NCBI GenBank assembly: GCA_965202585.1 | Contig: OZ241827.1 | Location: 46,500,001-46,564,000, forward strand | Direction: 5' to 3' | Length of the DNA stretch: 64,000 nucleotides | Source: Thalia democratica | Taxonomy: Eukaryota | Part shown: one piece after another, positions 10,821 through 22,237 of the stretch | Numbering within the stretch: the stretch's first letter is position 1 | How the letters are laid out: every line of letters begins with the position of its first letter | Made by a program: the position numbers and the translations under genes | Notes under the pieces: model-generated | Told to the model about the DNA's origin: nothing | What the model saw: only the letters and a program-made list of their open reading frames with translations | Databases searched by the model: none

Positions 10821-13800
10821 TTTTGCATCTTTAAATAAACCTTTTTATATATATATATATATATATAATAAATATTGAATATATAAAAATGTGTAGGTTC
10901 TTTGTGCACCAGGTCCTAGTACCAAATGTTTTGAGCGTTTATTTTATATTGTTCAATAAACTATACTTAGACTATATTAGATAATACCAAGGGCTACTCT
11001 ATATAAAACTAGGCATAAAAATGAATGTACATATTGTACTTTAGAAACTGCAAACAACACTAAGAAATATAATTACCATGTAAAATATAAAAAATTTGAT
11101 GCTTCAGAAACTGTTTTGAATGTTATTAAAACCTTTAAACACAATTTAATTTTAAAATAACTTTATTTTGAGAATGTATAAGTTAGAATGAGAATTAACT
11201 GCTTGAAATAAATTTTAAAAAATACTTATGAGAAAAACATTATTAAATAAAAACTTTACATCAAACAATATAAAAGTCTTTTACTGACTTACATGTTTAC
11301 AGCCATTAAATTTGAGGCGCAGCCTGTTTTTAGTTTTAGTCATTTGTTCACTGACCTTTCATTTAAAAAAATGCAAGCTAGAAGTCAAAGCAAAAGTCAA
11401 ATAATTAAATATATTCAAAAAATATCTTTCCTACAAGAGTTTCAACACTTGTGTTTAGTTTTTATTAATTATTGTAATTGTTATGGTGATGGTTATTATT
11501 AATAATACTTTTTTATTACTGTAAGTTATTTGTAATTGTTATACTGAGTAAGTATTAAAAGTAAGTAAATAACAAAAGCAAGCTTTTTTCATTTTTTAAT
11601 TAAAATATATGACTTAATATAACATTTTTTAATTTAAAAAAAGTTATATTAACTTTTTATTAATATTAGTTAAAAATCACTGTTGTTGTTTAAAAAGACA
11701 TTAAATTTCATTATGATAACTTTAGATTTAGAAATTTATTTATTATAAACGTAGTTTTAAAACTGTTATGATCACATTTGTTTATGTTTTTAATTCAGAT
11801 AGTACAAAATGTTTTTTGTATATGTGTCAATAACTAGGTTTCAATATTGCAGTTTAACTCAGAGCTTTAAAGCTGCCATTATGCCATCAGACCACACGAA
11901 AATAATAATTTTTACAGAAATTTTTGTAACACTATTGCAGGTCAGATGTGACTACTTTCACAAAAGTTTTGTAATAGGACAAATTTTCGGGAAATTTTTC
12001 TTGCAAAATTTAGAAAATTCTGTAGTAACATTTTTTTTTAACTGCAAAAAAGTTAATTAACAAATAAATTTCTAGAATTTTTTCAAGGATTTTTAATTTG
12101 AAAATTTCTAAATTCTACCTTGTACTGAAAAGTAAAATAAAAAGTGTAAAATATCTAGTTATTTTGACATATTTTTATATTTTTGTAACATTTTATTCAA
12201 ACAATTGTAGAATACCATTCCCTACTCACACAAATAACATTTATTGTTAATTTTTAATTTTTGGTGCTACTAGTTAGCTTGTTTAAAAAAAAACATCATT
12301 TTATTAAACTATTATTATAATGCTAGTGTTTATGTATTTTTAATAGAGTTAAAGTTTGTTAACCATGACTGTTTGAGTAATTGACAGCGAAAGCAAAGCA
12401 ATCAACTTTTTGAGATAATTTAAAGCTTGTAATGACTTTAAAAGTTTGTTCTGATTGTACAGAAAATTTTTTATTAGTTTGGAACAACCAGGTTTTAATA
12501 ACAAAATTGATTTGAATTTTTAATAGTTAGTATTAAATGCTAACTCTTTGTTCTAAAGTACTCAAAATATTTTGAAGATTTCATTTATTTAGCTTATAAG
12601 TCCTCTGCTAATATGGCTCATGCTTCATTTACTCATTGTCTCTCTCATTATTTGGTAATGAAAAATACAGTTTTAGATTATGTTTATGTACTTTAAACTA
12701 TGTTATGAAAAAGTACAATGACTTACAGTGAAGAAATATTGTTACATTGTATCCAACACTATCTAGTTATCAAAGATATAACTTACTAGAAAACTGTATT
12801 GTAAGACTATCTAAAACTTATGGCCGCCTTAGTTATTCTTGTAGGTTAACTGCTTTTTGTGGCTCTAAAGCTCTGGCAATCAATATACATGCTAGTTATC
12901 CCATCTATTTATAGGTTTGCTGATCCAAGATAATCTAGGCTGCGTTGGTTTATAACTTTGTTTTTTTATGTAAAACAATGTTTGAACAGAAGCATTCTGT
13001 TTTGTCACATCATCACATGTGAGAATTTCACAATTGAAAGTAATTTTTTTCAAATAACTTTATTTGTTTTTAAATAACCAGACTTATTTTCATAAAACTT
13101 TATCAATGAAAATTTATCAACTATTAGTTTAACCTCTAAAATCAAATTTTGTTACAATATACCAAATAAGGCGTTAGCTTGCTCATTATATTAACACAGG
13201 CCTGGTTTATCTGACTATAAAGTTCTATTTTTTGAAGCTAATCCTAATTAGTACCTTACTTCTAGATCCACTAAAAACTTCATGAATTTAATTGAACTTA
13301 GTTTCAAATTAAGATATTCTGTGCTAATTATAAACGTTTACAATATGTTTGCATGGTTAAGAACTTAATTTTATTTACATAAAGGAATTAACATTATACA
13401 AAAACTGCAAGTAATAACAAAACAAAATCAAAAATAAAGAACAACAGAATAGAGCTGCGCGAGCTAGAGGCTAATGAGCAATTTCTTAACGTTATCTTGA
13501 AGTAAATACACAATTTTTGCTGAATATAGCGCCTACTGGCGGATTGCCTTATAACTGAATTCACACTTCCTCGCATTTCTGTTAAACAGCAAAAACTTTA
13601 GTCTTTTTGATAATTAATAAAAAACCTATTTTTACACAGCCATTAATCAATTTTCATGGTCAGACTCAGAATCACAATGCTGATATCTCAGGCGAACATT
13701 ATCTTCAAAAAATCTCAATTTATTATTTGTAGCAGAAAATAAAGCACTTATATACATAAAAAACGACAACAGACCAAAACAAGTACCCTGAGGTATTTCA

Positions 13801-15476
13801 ACATCAATATTTCACGCTCAGAAACGATATTATTTATAACAGTAAACGGACTTCTATCTTTAAAGAGAGGAGTTTTAGAATTTTAGTTGATTTTAGAACG
13901 AAATATATAGATAAGTTAAGTAGCAACAATATTATCTATTATTTTCCATAAATGTTTACTGTTTATTTTATTTTTGTTTAAAAACCTTTTAAAATATTTT
14001 TATTAATGCATTCAATAACTTTATTAAGCATATTTTCATATTTTTTGGAAATAGTTGACATTTATTTTTTTTATGTATTTGATGGCGGAATGATATCTGC
14101 AGCGGTTAGCGTTAAATTTTATTCGTCACTCTCAACTTATTTTGTGTTATAAGCAGTCAACAACTTGTTTAGTGCGGGGTTTTTTATTATGGATTTTTGT
14201 TTTTTTTTGTCGTAACATTTTCCTAGTACAGTTAATTCATTTGTAACATTTATATTTTAGTGTTTACATTTTTTGCAATTTAATCAATCCACTAAATTTA
14301 CAGGCTCGATTTCATTCATATAAGTAATCTAATTTAACTACATTTTTATTAACTTTCTTCAGTTAATCAGTAGTATAAGTACAATTAACACTTATAAACC
14401 CATTATATTAATTAGCTAAGTCAGTCTAAACAATGGCTTAAAAACAAATCTTAAGATTAATAAATATTAGCGCGTTAATAAGTAACCGCCAGGCCCGCGT
14501 TACACATATAACCAAGCATACCTCATAAGACGTTTTAAAACAACATTTTTTCTAATTAAAACAATGATCCCTTTTGTATAAGGTTTTAATTTTAGTTTCT
14601 AATCCTTTCTTATAATTCTAATTTGACCGTGATAAAACAAACTCTGTAAATCAATTTAGGATTGTTAATTAATACAAAGAGCTATATTGTTATGTTCATT
14701 TAAATAAACTTTATTAACTCCGATTTGTTATTATTCTTATTTGCGGAGTAGTAAATTAATTTTGGTACTTTTATTAAATGTCACTAATAAACATTAACCT
14801 TAGTTTAGTTTTAATATGGAATTAATAAAAAGTTCGTTTAATATTTTACATTATTTTACATTGTTTAAATTTTTAAAGAACTGAAAATATCAATTCTATA
14901 TGGAAATTTAAATTATTACATATTTATGTAGTGTTCTTTTGTATTTTAAGCAGTAAACTAATCTTTGTACTTTAAGTAAGTTTACTAATATACATTAACT
15001 TAGGTAGAATATATACGGTACTATAGAATAAATGGTAATAAATCCATTTTACAGTGTACTTGATGTTCTAAATTAGTTTATTTATTTACTACACATACCA
15101 AAAATTTATTAGTATTTAAATTATTACTAGTTTATGTATTTTTTGTATATGCTTTTAATTTTCTCCAGTTTTTTTAAATATATAATTAGTTAATTTACTA
15201 CAGTTTATTTAATCTTAAATTAAGGTATCAAAATTGTTAGACTAACCTTTACGTTAATTCTATGTTTAATTTTCAATAAAAATAATTATTTATGTATATA
15301 TTTACAGTAAATTTTTAGCATATTTTATTTTATAAAAAAATATTTTCATCCGAAAAAACTTAAAGTCACAAGAAAAAATTTATGGTAACAAAAACACTAG
15401 ATCATACACAAGTAACATCACAGATGAAGAATTGAGAAATAACTAAAACATTCATTTAAAAAAAAAAGCTGATTAA

Positions 15477-18400
15477 CTAAAAAGCTTGAGCAAAGATTAC
15501 CTCTCCATTTTGAATTCCAAGTGACACAGGACTATCACCAGTCTAAACGAAATTGGAGCCGAAGCGGAAACATAAGCAATTCTTTCCAATATTTTCCTTC
15601 TTGCAGTACTTGGTTATCAACCTAAATTTTTTTTTGTTTAGAAAAATGCTTTCTGTAACGAGTTGTACATTACACATGAAAAATTTTACTTACCAGTTAG
15701 ACATTTATACTGTTTAAATTTAGACAATTTGCTAAGAAACTAAGGCAGTGGGCCTGTTCACGGTTACAGTAGCTGTTAAATATCATTAAAATGAAACCTT
15801 CTTAGAATGTTCAAAGTAATTGGTCATTTAAACTGTTACTAATTTATCAAACTAACTTTTCCATTTTTTGTCCCCTGTTGATTGAAAACTTTCTTTTTCT
15901 CCCTTCCTGGTTAATGATTTTCACAGAAACTCCTGAAGGCTCGATTTCTTGAGATGAATCTTTTAAACAACATTTAGCTTCATCATCTTTTACGACCATA
16001 GCTTTTGCATTGCTTCTTTCAACGGATTGATTTTCATCTCCTTTAAAACAAGAATATTCTGGTATGTTAAGCGTACCAAGCAGTGGTTTTTCATTCAATT
16101 TCATTCTCGATTGTAAGCATGTTCTGGTGGTCATGAGAATTTTATTTGTCACTAGAATCTAAACGCATAAGAAAATTTCTCTGATCTGAACAATTTAAAC
16201 CTTTCGTAGATACCGATTCAACAGAGTTAATATTTGGTTTTATTTTGTGTTCTTTTGCAGTTAGCTGCTTCGTAGGCCTAAATATAAGACCTTATATTTA
16301 TTATGCAGAAGTTTATTTAAGAACAGTGCATATTTACTTAATAAAAAAACGAGTTAAATAATCACTACTGTTTGGATACTATAATTATTTGTCTTTTCTT
16401 TTAAGTAACACACTGTTGAGTAAGTGATTTAAAAATTACCATTGGTTGCAGTTAATTCTATCTTGTGTTTCATTCCTAAATTCATTGGAATGTCGAAATC
16501 AAAAATATTTTGACCGAAATAATTAAAATAAACTTGAATCCTAAATAAATTTTTCATCATGCAGTATTTTTCGAACAACCTAAAAAAATGATACCATAAT
16601 AAGTTACAGATCACACACTGATAGTATATCTAAGTTTATAGACTGGGGTAAAGTTACCCCTGGTGATAAATTTCCTTGTTATAGGGGTAGGTTATCTTAA
16701 TTGCAAGTTATGTAAACTAACCTAAATTAATTATACGTTTTTATTTAACTGTATTTTTTTTTTAGTTAAGTGAACTCTTTAAATGTTACAACTAACTATA
16801 TTTTTTCTGGCTTTAAGCTCATAAAATATATATTCCACTAAATTAAACACTACGTAATTTACAGTCTTCACATAAGTCACACACTTAAATTTAAAAAGGG
16901 GTATATCTGGTAATAAACTGTCAAAGAAAGGTATAACTTGAAGTAATGGTTAACAAACGCTAATTTAATCATTAATATTATAACCTATGTGAAAAAATAG
17001 TTACTTTTTAAGTTTCTGGTTTGATCTTATGTTAAATTTTATTTTGTCACCACGCTCATCATCGATACGTAAAACAACTCTGTTCAAAGTGTCCATAACA
17101 GGTTTTGAATCAACTTTACTGTACACAGCTTGTTTCGAAGCCACATCTGTGTGGAATAATGCTTTTACGCCAAAAATGCTGATATTTTAATAAAGAATGC
17201 TACAACTAGTAAGTTAATTTATTTCAAAGAAAACATTAATATACTTCTCAAATACATCGATTTTATCTCCTTCCTTCATTCCAATAGACTTAGGCGTGTC
17301 TGTATCCAAAACTTCACGACCTTGAAATTGAAAATTCGTAAAATCTCTATTCAAATTTTTAATTTGGCAGTAATTCGTGAACAACCTGCAATGAAAAGTT
17401 AAAGATTGAAATATAAGTCGTTCTTGTATTTAACTTTGAACAAATTATATTTGATAACTTATCAAAATGTCTGTAAAGAACCTTTGTGATGCTGGTACTT
17501 ATTTTGTACTTCAAGTTTTCATTTTCACTTGCATTTTTGTTTAATAATTTTAGTTCTGAAGAATTGACATCTGTAACGTTTGACTGTGTTTTGTTCACTA
17601 AATTAAAAGCGTTATCCTTGCAGTTATTAACAACGTGTTCGTCATTTGAATTAAAATCATCTAAACTGACGCTTGCAACCTCGGCTTTTTCAAAACCGTG
17701 GTTTATAGGAGCATTATTTAAAATATTTTGCTTGCTGCAATCATCTGCTATTTTATTTTTTAAATTAGTAATCTGACTGCTTAGTTGCTCTGGACTTGTT
17801 TGAACTACGTTATTATCATTACTTTGCTTGGTTTGGTCGCTTTTGTCAGCACAAAGTTAATTACTCAATTTGTCCATATCTACCCTGTAAATTGTGACTT
17901 GTGAAATAAATTAGTTCCATTAAACAAAAAATTAAATATAGTTCAATTAAAAAAAAAACAATTAAAGTATTTAACAAAATGGTCAACAATACCATATTTT
18001 ATTAAAAAATAGCTTAGTTAGTTTGGACCTCTAATAAAACAGCTAGATTATGATTATTTATTTAAATTTTAAGCTATAAGTTTCTTACTTATGTTCAACA
18101 GAAAAATTTAACTACCTGTCAAAACAATCAATATCGTCTCCTTCTTTGAGACCAATAGACTCTGGTGTGTCTGATTCCGTTACTTCCAGACCATCATACA
18201 TGAAACAAACCATTTCTTTTTTAAGTCCTTTAGTTATGCAAAAATCAGCAATCAATCTAAATTAGAATGCTTTTTAAATAATTACATTTATCACAATTTA
18301 AATTAAGTTTTAAGTGAAAACTTTTGAATGTGTTTCACTAAAACTATTTATCTTTTACTGATTAATTTTTATTATTGTATAATATGTAAGAAATTTAAAA

Positions 18401-20941
18401 GTAAGCAAGTTTTAGTTAGCTATCGTATTTACTTAACAATGGTTTCTTAAATAAATTGTGTTCTACTTACTTTTGTAATTTGTCATTTTTATTAATACTG
18501 AAATGCAGTGTTCTACTATTTGTCAAAGCGTTGCTACTGATGATATTATCAGCATCATCTACCGAAGTTTTATCTTTACTACAACATGTTAAATCTGCAA
18601 AGCATTCATCATCTTAAACAGATTCATTTAAACTATTTTCAAAGCTAGAGTTTTTATCTTCATCAACAGCTTCAGGTGTTTTATTTTAATTGACTAGACG
18701 GTTAGAGCAAAGAGACTGGTCTTTCACATAAGAACTGTAGAGGCATTTTCGATCAGTGAAGGTAACTCTGTTATTATTCAATATAATTTACTTAAGTATA
18801 AAAAAGGTAGTATATGCTAAACAATGGATTTACAAATGTATTAACAACTGGGAGTTTCTATGGTAAAATAAACGTTTCTACACAACTTATATTTATCTTA
18901 CAAAAATGTTAAGATTTGAAATTGAATTCAATCTTATAAATAACCTGTATCTTAGTTCAATCACATCTCCGTTTTTTAATCTTAAAGATTTAGGTGTATC
19001 AGTGTCTCTAATGGGACGACCGCCGTAGCTAAAACAGAATTGTTCTTTTTCTAGATTCTTTTTTTCGGCAGTATTGAATCAACAAACTGAAAAATTTAAT
19101 GTACTTAGAATTATGGTTATTATGTAATGCAAGGTAAGTACTAACATAGTTAAGTTATCAGAATCAAATAAACGGAGTAACTAGTTTTTAAGACTTTCTT
19201 ATTATACCTTTCTTATAAATCTAAACAAACCTTTCCATACTATGGTTTACGTTTGTTGTCATTTGAGTTCTAATATTTTTTTTTCTGCCAATTCTCTTGA
19301 AGTAGTAGTAGATTCTTGATTATTTATATTAACAGATTTATTGTTTTTCAAATTGCCAGAATTTTCACTCTCGTTGCAAGTTGTTACCTCAACACTTTCA
19401 GGTTTTTTTAAACCGCCTTTATTTGAACAAACTTCATGTTCCGTACCAAACAACGTATTTTTATCTAAAATGTTCTCTTTGTCAGTTACATTCATTTCTC
19501 GCTGTGAAGTTGTTTGATCTTTTATCATTTTATCACCCTAATCAACTTGGTCGACAGCTTGAATAGAGTGTTGACCAACTTTTTGGCTCTCAACAAAATC
19601 CCTAAAGACGTTACTTTTACTAGTCTTTTACCATATAAAGAAAATATAAAGCAGTGTTGAACCTGATTTCTATTATAACAGAACTGTCAAATTAACTACT
19701 GCTAACGAAATACATCATATTAAAACTAGGTTACCTGTCAAAACAGTCAATATTGTCTCCTTCTTCTAGTCCAATAGACTTAGCTGTGTCTGTTTCAAAC
19801 ACCTCTTGACCATTATACAAAAAACATACGAGATCTCTTTCAAGTCCACGAGCATTACAAAACTCAGTCATAATTCTGAAAATAAAAACATATAGTAAAT
19901 TGAAATTACATTAAGACTAAAATTATTAAACAGTTGATAAGCTTTAATATAGGTTCACTGCTACTTATCCTACTTAAAAACATATTACTGTAATCAAATT
20001 GAAATAGTAATTAAACATATTTTATAAGCTCCAGGGTTCATAACATTTTACAATTTTATTTATTTATTTCATATGTTACCTTTTTAAGTTATTGTTTTTA
20101 TTAATTTTGTAGTACAGTGTTTTGCTGTTTTTCAAAGTTTTGCATTCATTTACACTACTAAAATCATCTTCAATAGTTGCATCTGTACTATTATTTGTTG
20201 AAGAGTCGACACAACTATCATTAGCTGAATCATGTTGGTTTGAACTGATTTCTAAGTTTGATTTTAAGCCTAATTTTTTTACCAGAAGTGCCTGTATATA
20301 CAGTTACATTAGCTATAGATTTTTTACACAAAGATTGCAAGCTGCTTTCATCCAAACTTGAATTTGTTTCTCTTCTATCAATATTTTCAGAAGACCTATA
20401 AAAATACAATAATTTTTCAGTAATAAACATTCGTTGATTAATGGCAAACTACATCTCTAAAACATTAGCTTCTTTAGATGATTTAAGTATTTTTATTAGT
20501 AAATAAAATACTCAAAAAACTTTTTTTACTTTTTATAAACACAAACTATATCTCCATCCTTAAAACCAATTGAAATTGGTGTGTCAGTGTCAATAACAGC
20601 CTTTCCTTTGTAAATTAATCCAACTTTGTTTTTTCCAGCATTAAATTTCTCAGAGTACTTGGCCATTATTCTAAAAAACAGAATTAATGTAAGACTCATT
20701 AAAATATTACCTACAAAACTATTTCAGTTAGTCATTTTAATGATATTTAAGTTCAACTATTTTTAAACAAGTGTTATTGCCTTTAAATAATTAAATAAAT
20801 AAACTTCATCATTAGTTGGTTGGGATGCATTTGAAACTTGCACTTGTTGCCCGTTGCATCTTGAACCTTCAGAACTACATTTTGAATAACTTTTTTACAA
20901 GGATTGAAACGGTTTAGCTCAATAAGTTTATCCTTAAACAT
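15477..20941 (-). pseudogene. Unprocessed pseudogene (or broken allele) of a protein with 7 tandem SUMO-like domains (SLDs)
   Basis: Exons with GT-AG boundaries: 20941-20805, 20670-20530, 20395-20080, 19875-19735, 19601-19231, 19086-18945, 18767-18471, 18256-18116, 17884-17459, 17385-17245, 17178-17005, 16579-16440, 16277-16201, 16158-15857, 15621-15477. The SLD C-half exons are 141, 141, 142, 141, 141, 140 and 145 (terminal) nt, e.g. IMTEFCNARGLERDLVCFLYNGQEVFETDTAKSIGLEEGDNIDCFDR and LIADFCITKGLKKEMVCFMYDGLEVTESDTPESIGLKEGDDIDCFDR, versus human SUMO2 [45 protein letters not shown]. In-frame stops at 19540, 18688, 18616, 17859, 16144 and 15545; frameshifts in exons 3, 5, 6, 12 and 14. Confidence 0.85.
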
Positions 20942-22237
20942 TTTAAACTTTTAAACCTGTGGTTTATGAATAGTAAGTTGTAGTATATTCAAATATTTTA
21001 TTGAATTTATATATTTTTAAAGTTAGTAAGTTTTAACTGAATACAACTTATTTGAATATAAACAATTATCTTTATATATAACTAATAACTAATAAGTAAG
21101 TTATTATTTTACCCAATAAATATAGGTCAAATACTATCAATCAACAGTAATATTACCTAGTTAATACTTTTAATGTAACATTGAAGTTTCAAAAAAAGCA
21201 TAACCTATGTTTAAGATTATCAAACATATAACCAAAATAAAATTTAAATGTTTAAATGAATTAGTTACATGTTAGGTAACATATCTTACAAGTCTACAAA
21301 ATTAAGCTGGGTATCAATTTTCTTTATAAAATAGCATTAAATCAGAATCATGACTGCAACTATAAGCAGCAATCTGTTTGAACTAGTGATCACTTCACTA
21401 AACTTTTTTACTGTTAATATAATTTAAATGTTTAAGTCAATCAAAGTTATGCAACTATTTCGGAAGCTATCTATATTGTCATTCTAATCAATTAAGTCTA
21501 AAACAGCTAGATTACAGTATTTAGACAAAGTAAAACATTTCAAAATAAAGAAACACGTTTTGAGCAAAACTCGTTTAGTAATAAACAATCGTTTTTTATA
21601 ACAAAACAAAAAGGCAAAATGTTATTATTTTCTTAGTAATTTTTTTTTGTTAACAATATCAACTTAAATTAGAAAAGTTATTCACAATAATTTTAAATTC
21701 ATTAAATTAAAACACAAATCATTTGTTATGTTATTGATTATAAAGGCTCGTATTAGTTTTTATATTAAAGCTTTTAAAAAAATTAAGTTTTAAAAGTAAA
21801 AAGTTGATAACTTTTGTTTAGTAAAGTTATTAATAAGTTAATTATATTAAAAATAAGATCATACTTCTTAACAATGCTCATAAATTTTCTAAAACTTAAA
21901 CTATAAATTTTTTTATTGAAATAAAGGTGTTTGTTTTAAAATAAATAAGCAGCACAAGTTCGATTAGTTCAATTTAAATAGTTTTCTAATAAGATGAATA
22001 TATTAAGGATCCAATTTTACTTCAACTTTTTTAAGGTTTACTAAACATACTTATCAACCATTTAAAAAAATAATTGATTAAAATTATTCTAGCTTAATAT
22101 TGTAAAATTCCAACTTGTATGCTGGCCAAGTTATGGAAATATAGCAAATAAACGAAGTGGAGGAAGTGATTATCAAGGAGTTAGATAATTTAGTAAATAT
22201 TAAACTATAGTTATAATCTCAACTTGATTGCCTATAA

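Larger units (their letters stand above)
7444..10848. mobile_element. Head-to-head palindrome of two 5'-truncated Penelope-like (RT + GIY-YIG) retroelement copies
   Basis: Arms 7444-9128 (minus) and 9164-10848 (plus) are reverse complements (paired coordinates sum to 18292 throughout) around a 35-bp loop. RT motifs FDVVDYYPSI, QGSYMGAELCELVG and YRDD; GIY-YIG IVYKATV...YVGLCSTQFRFRYANH. (TA)n tracts at about 7348-7378 and 10847-10867. Confidence 0.95.

Noticed and set aside
13394-13576. 60-aa minus-strand ORF with a hydrophobic C-terminus
   Set aside because: No recognisable domain or consistent splice partners; the hydrophobicity is explained by T-rich sequence.
15543-19540. All six premature stops in the SLD gene are TAA/TAG, suggesting TAR=Gln recoding or readthrough
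   Set aside because: The same gene ends at TAG (15479-15477) and also has frameshifts. The PLE ORFs end in TAA, and the three intact host genes have no internal TAR. TAR bias is expected from CAR/GAA/AAA mutation in AT-rich DNA.
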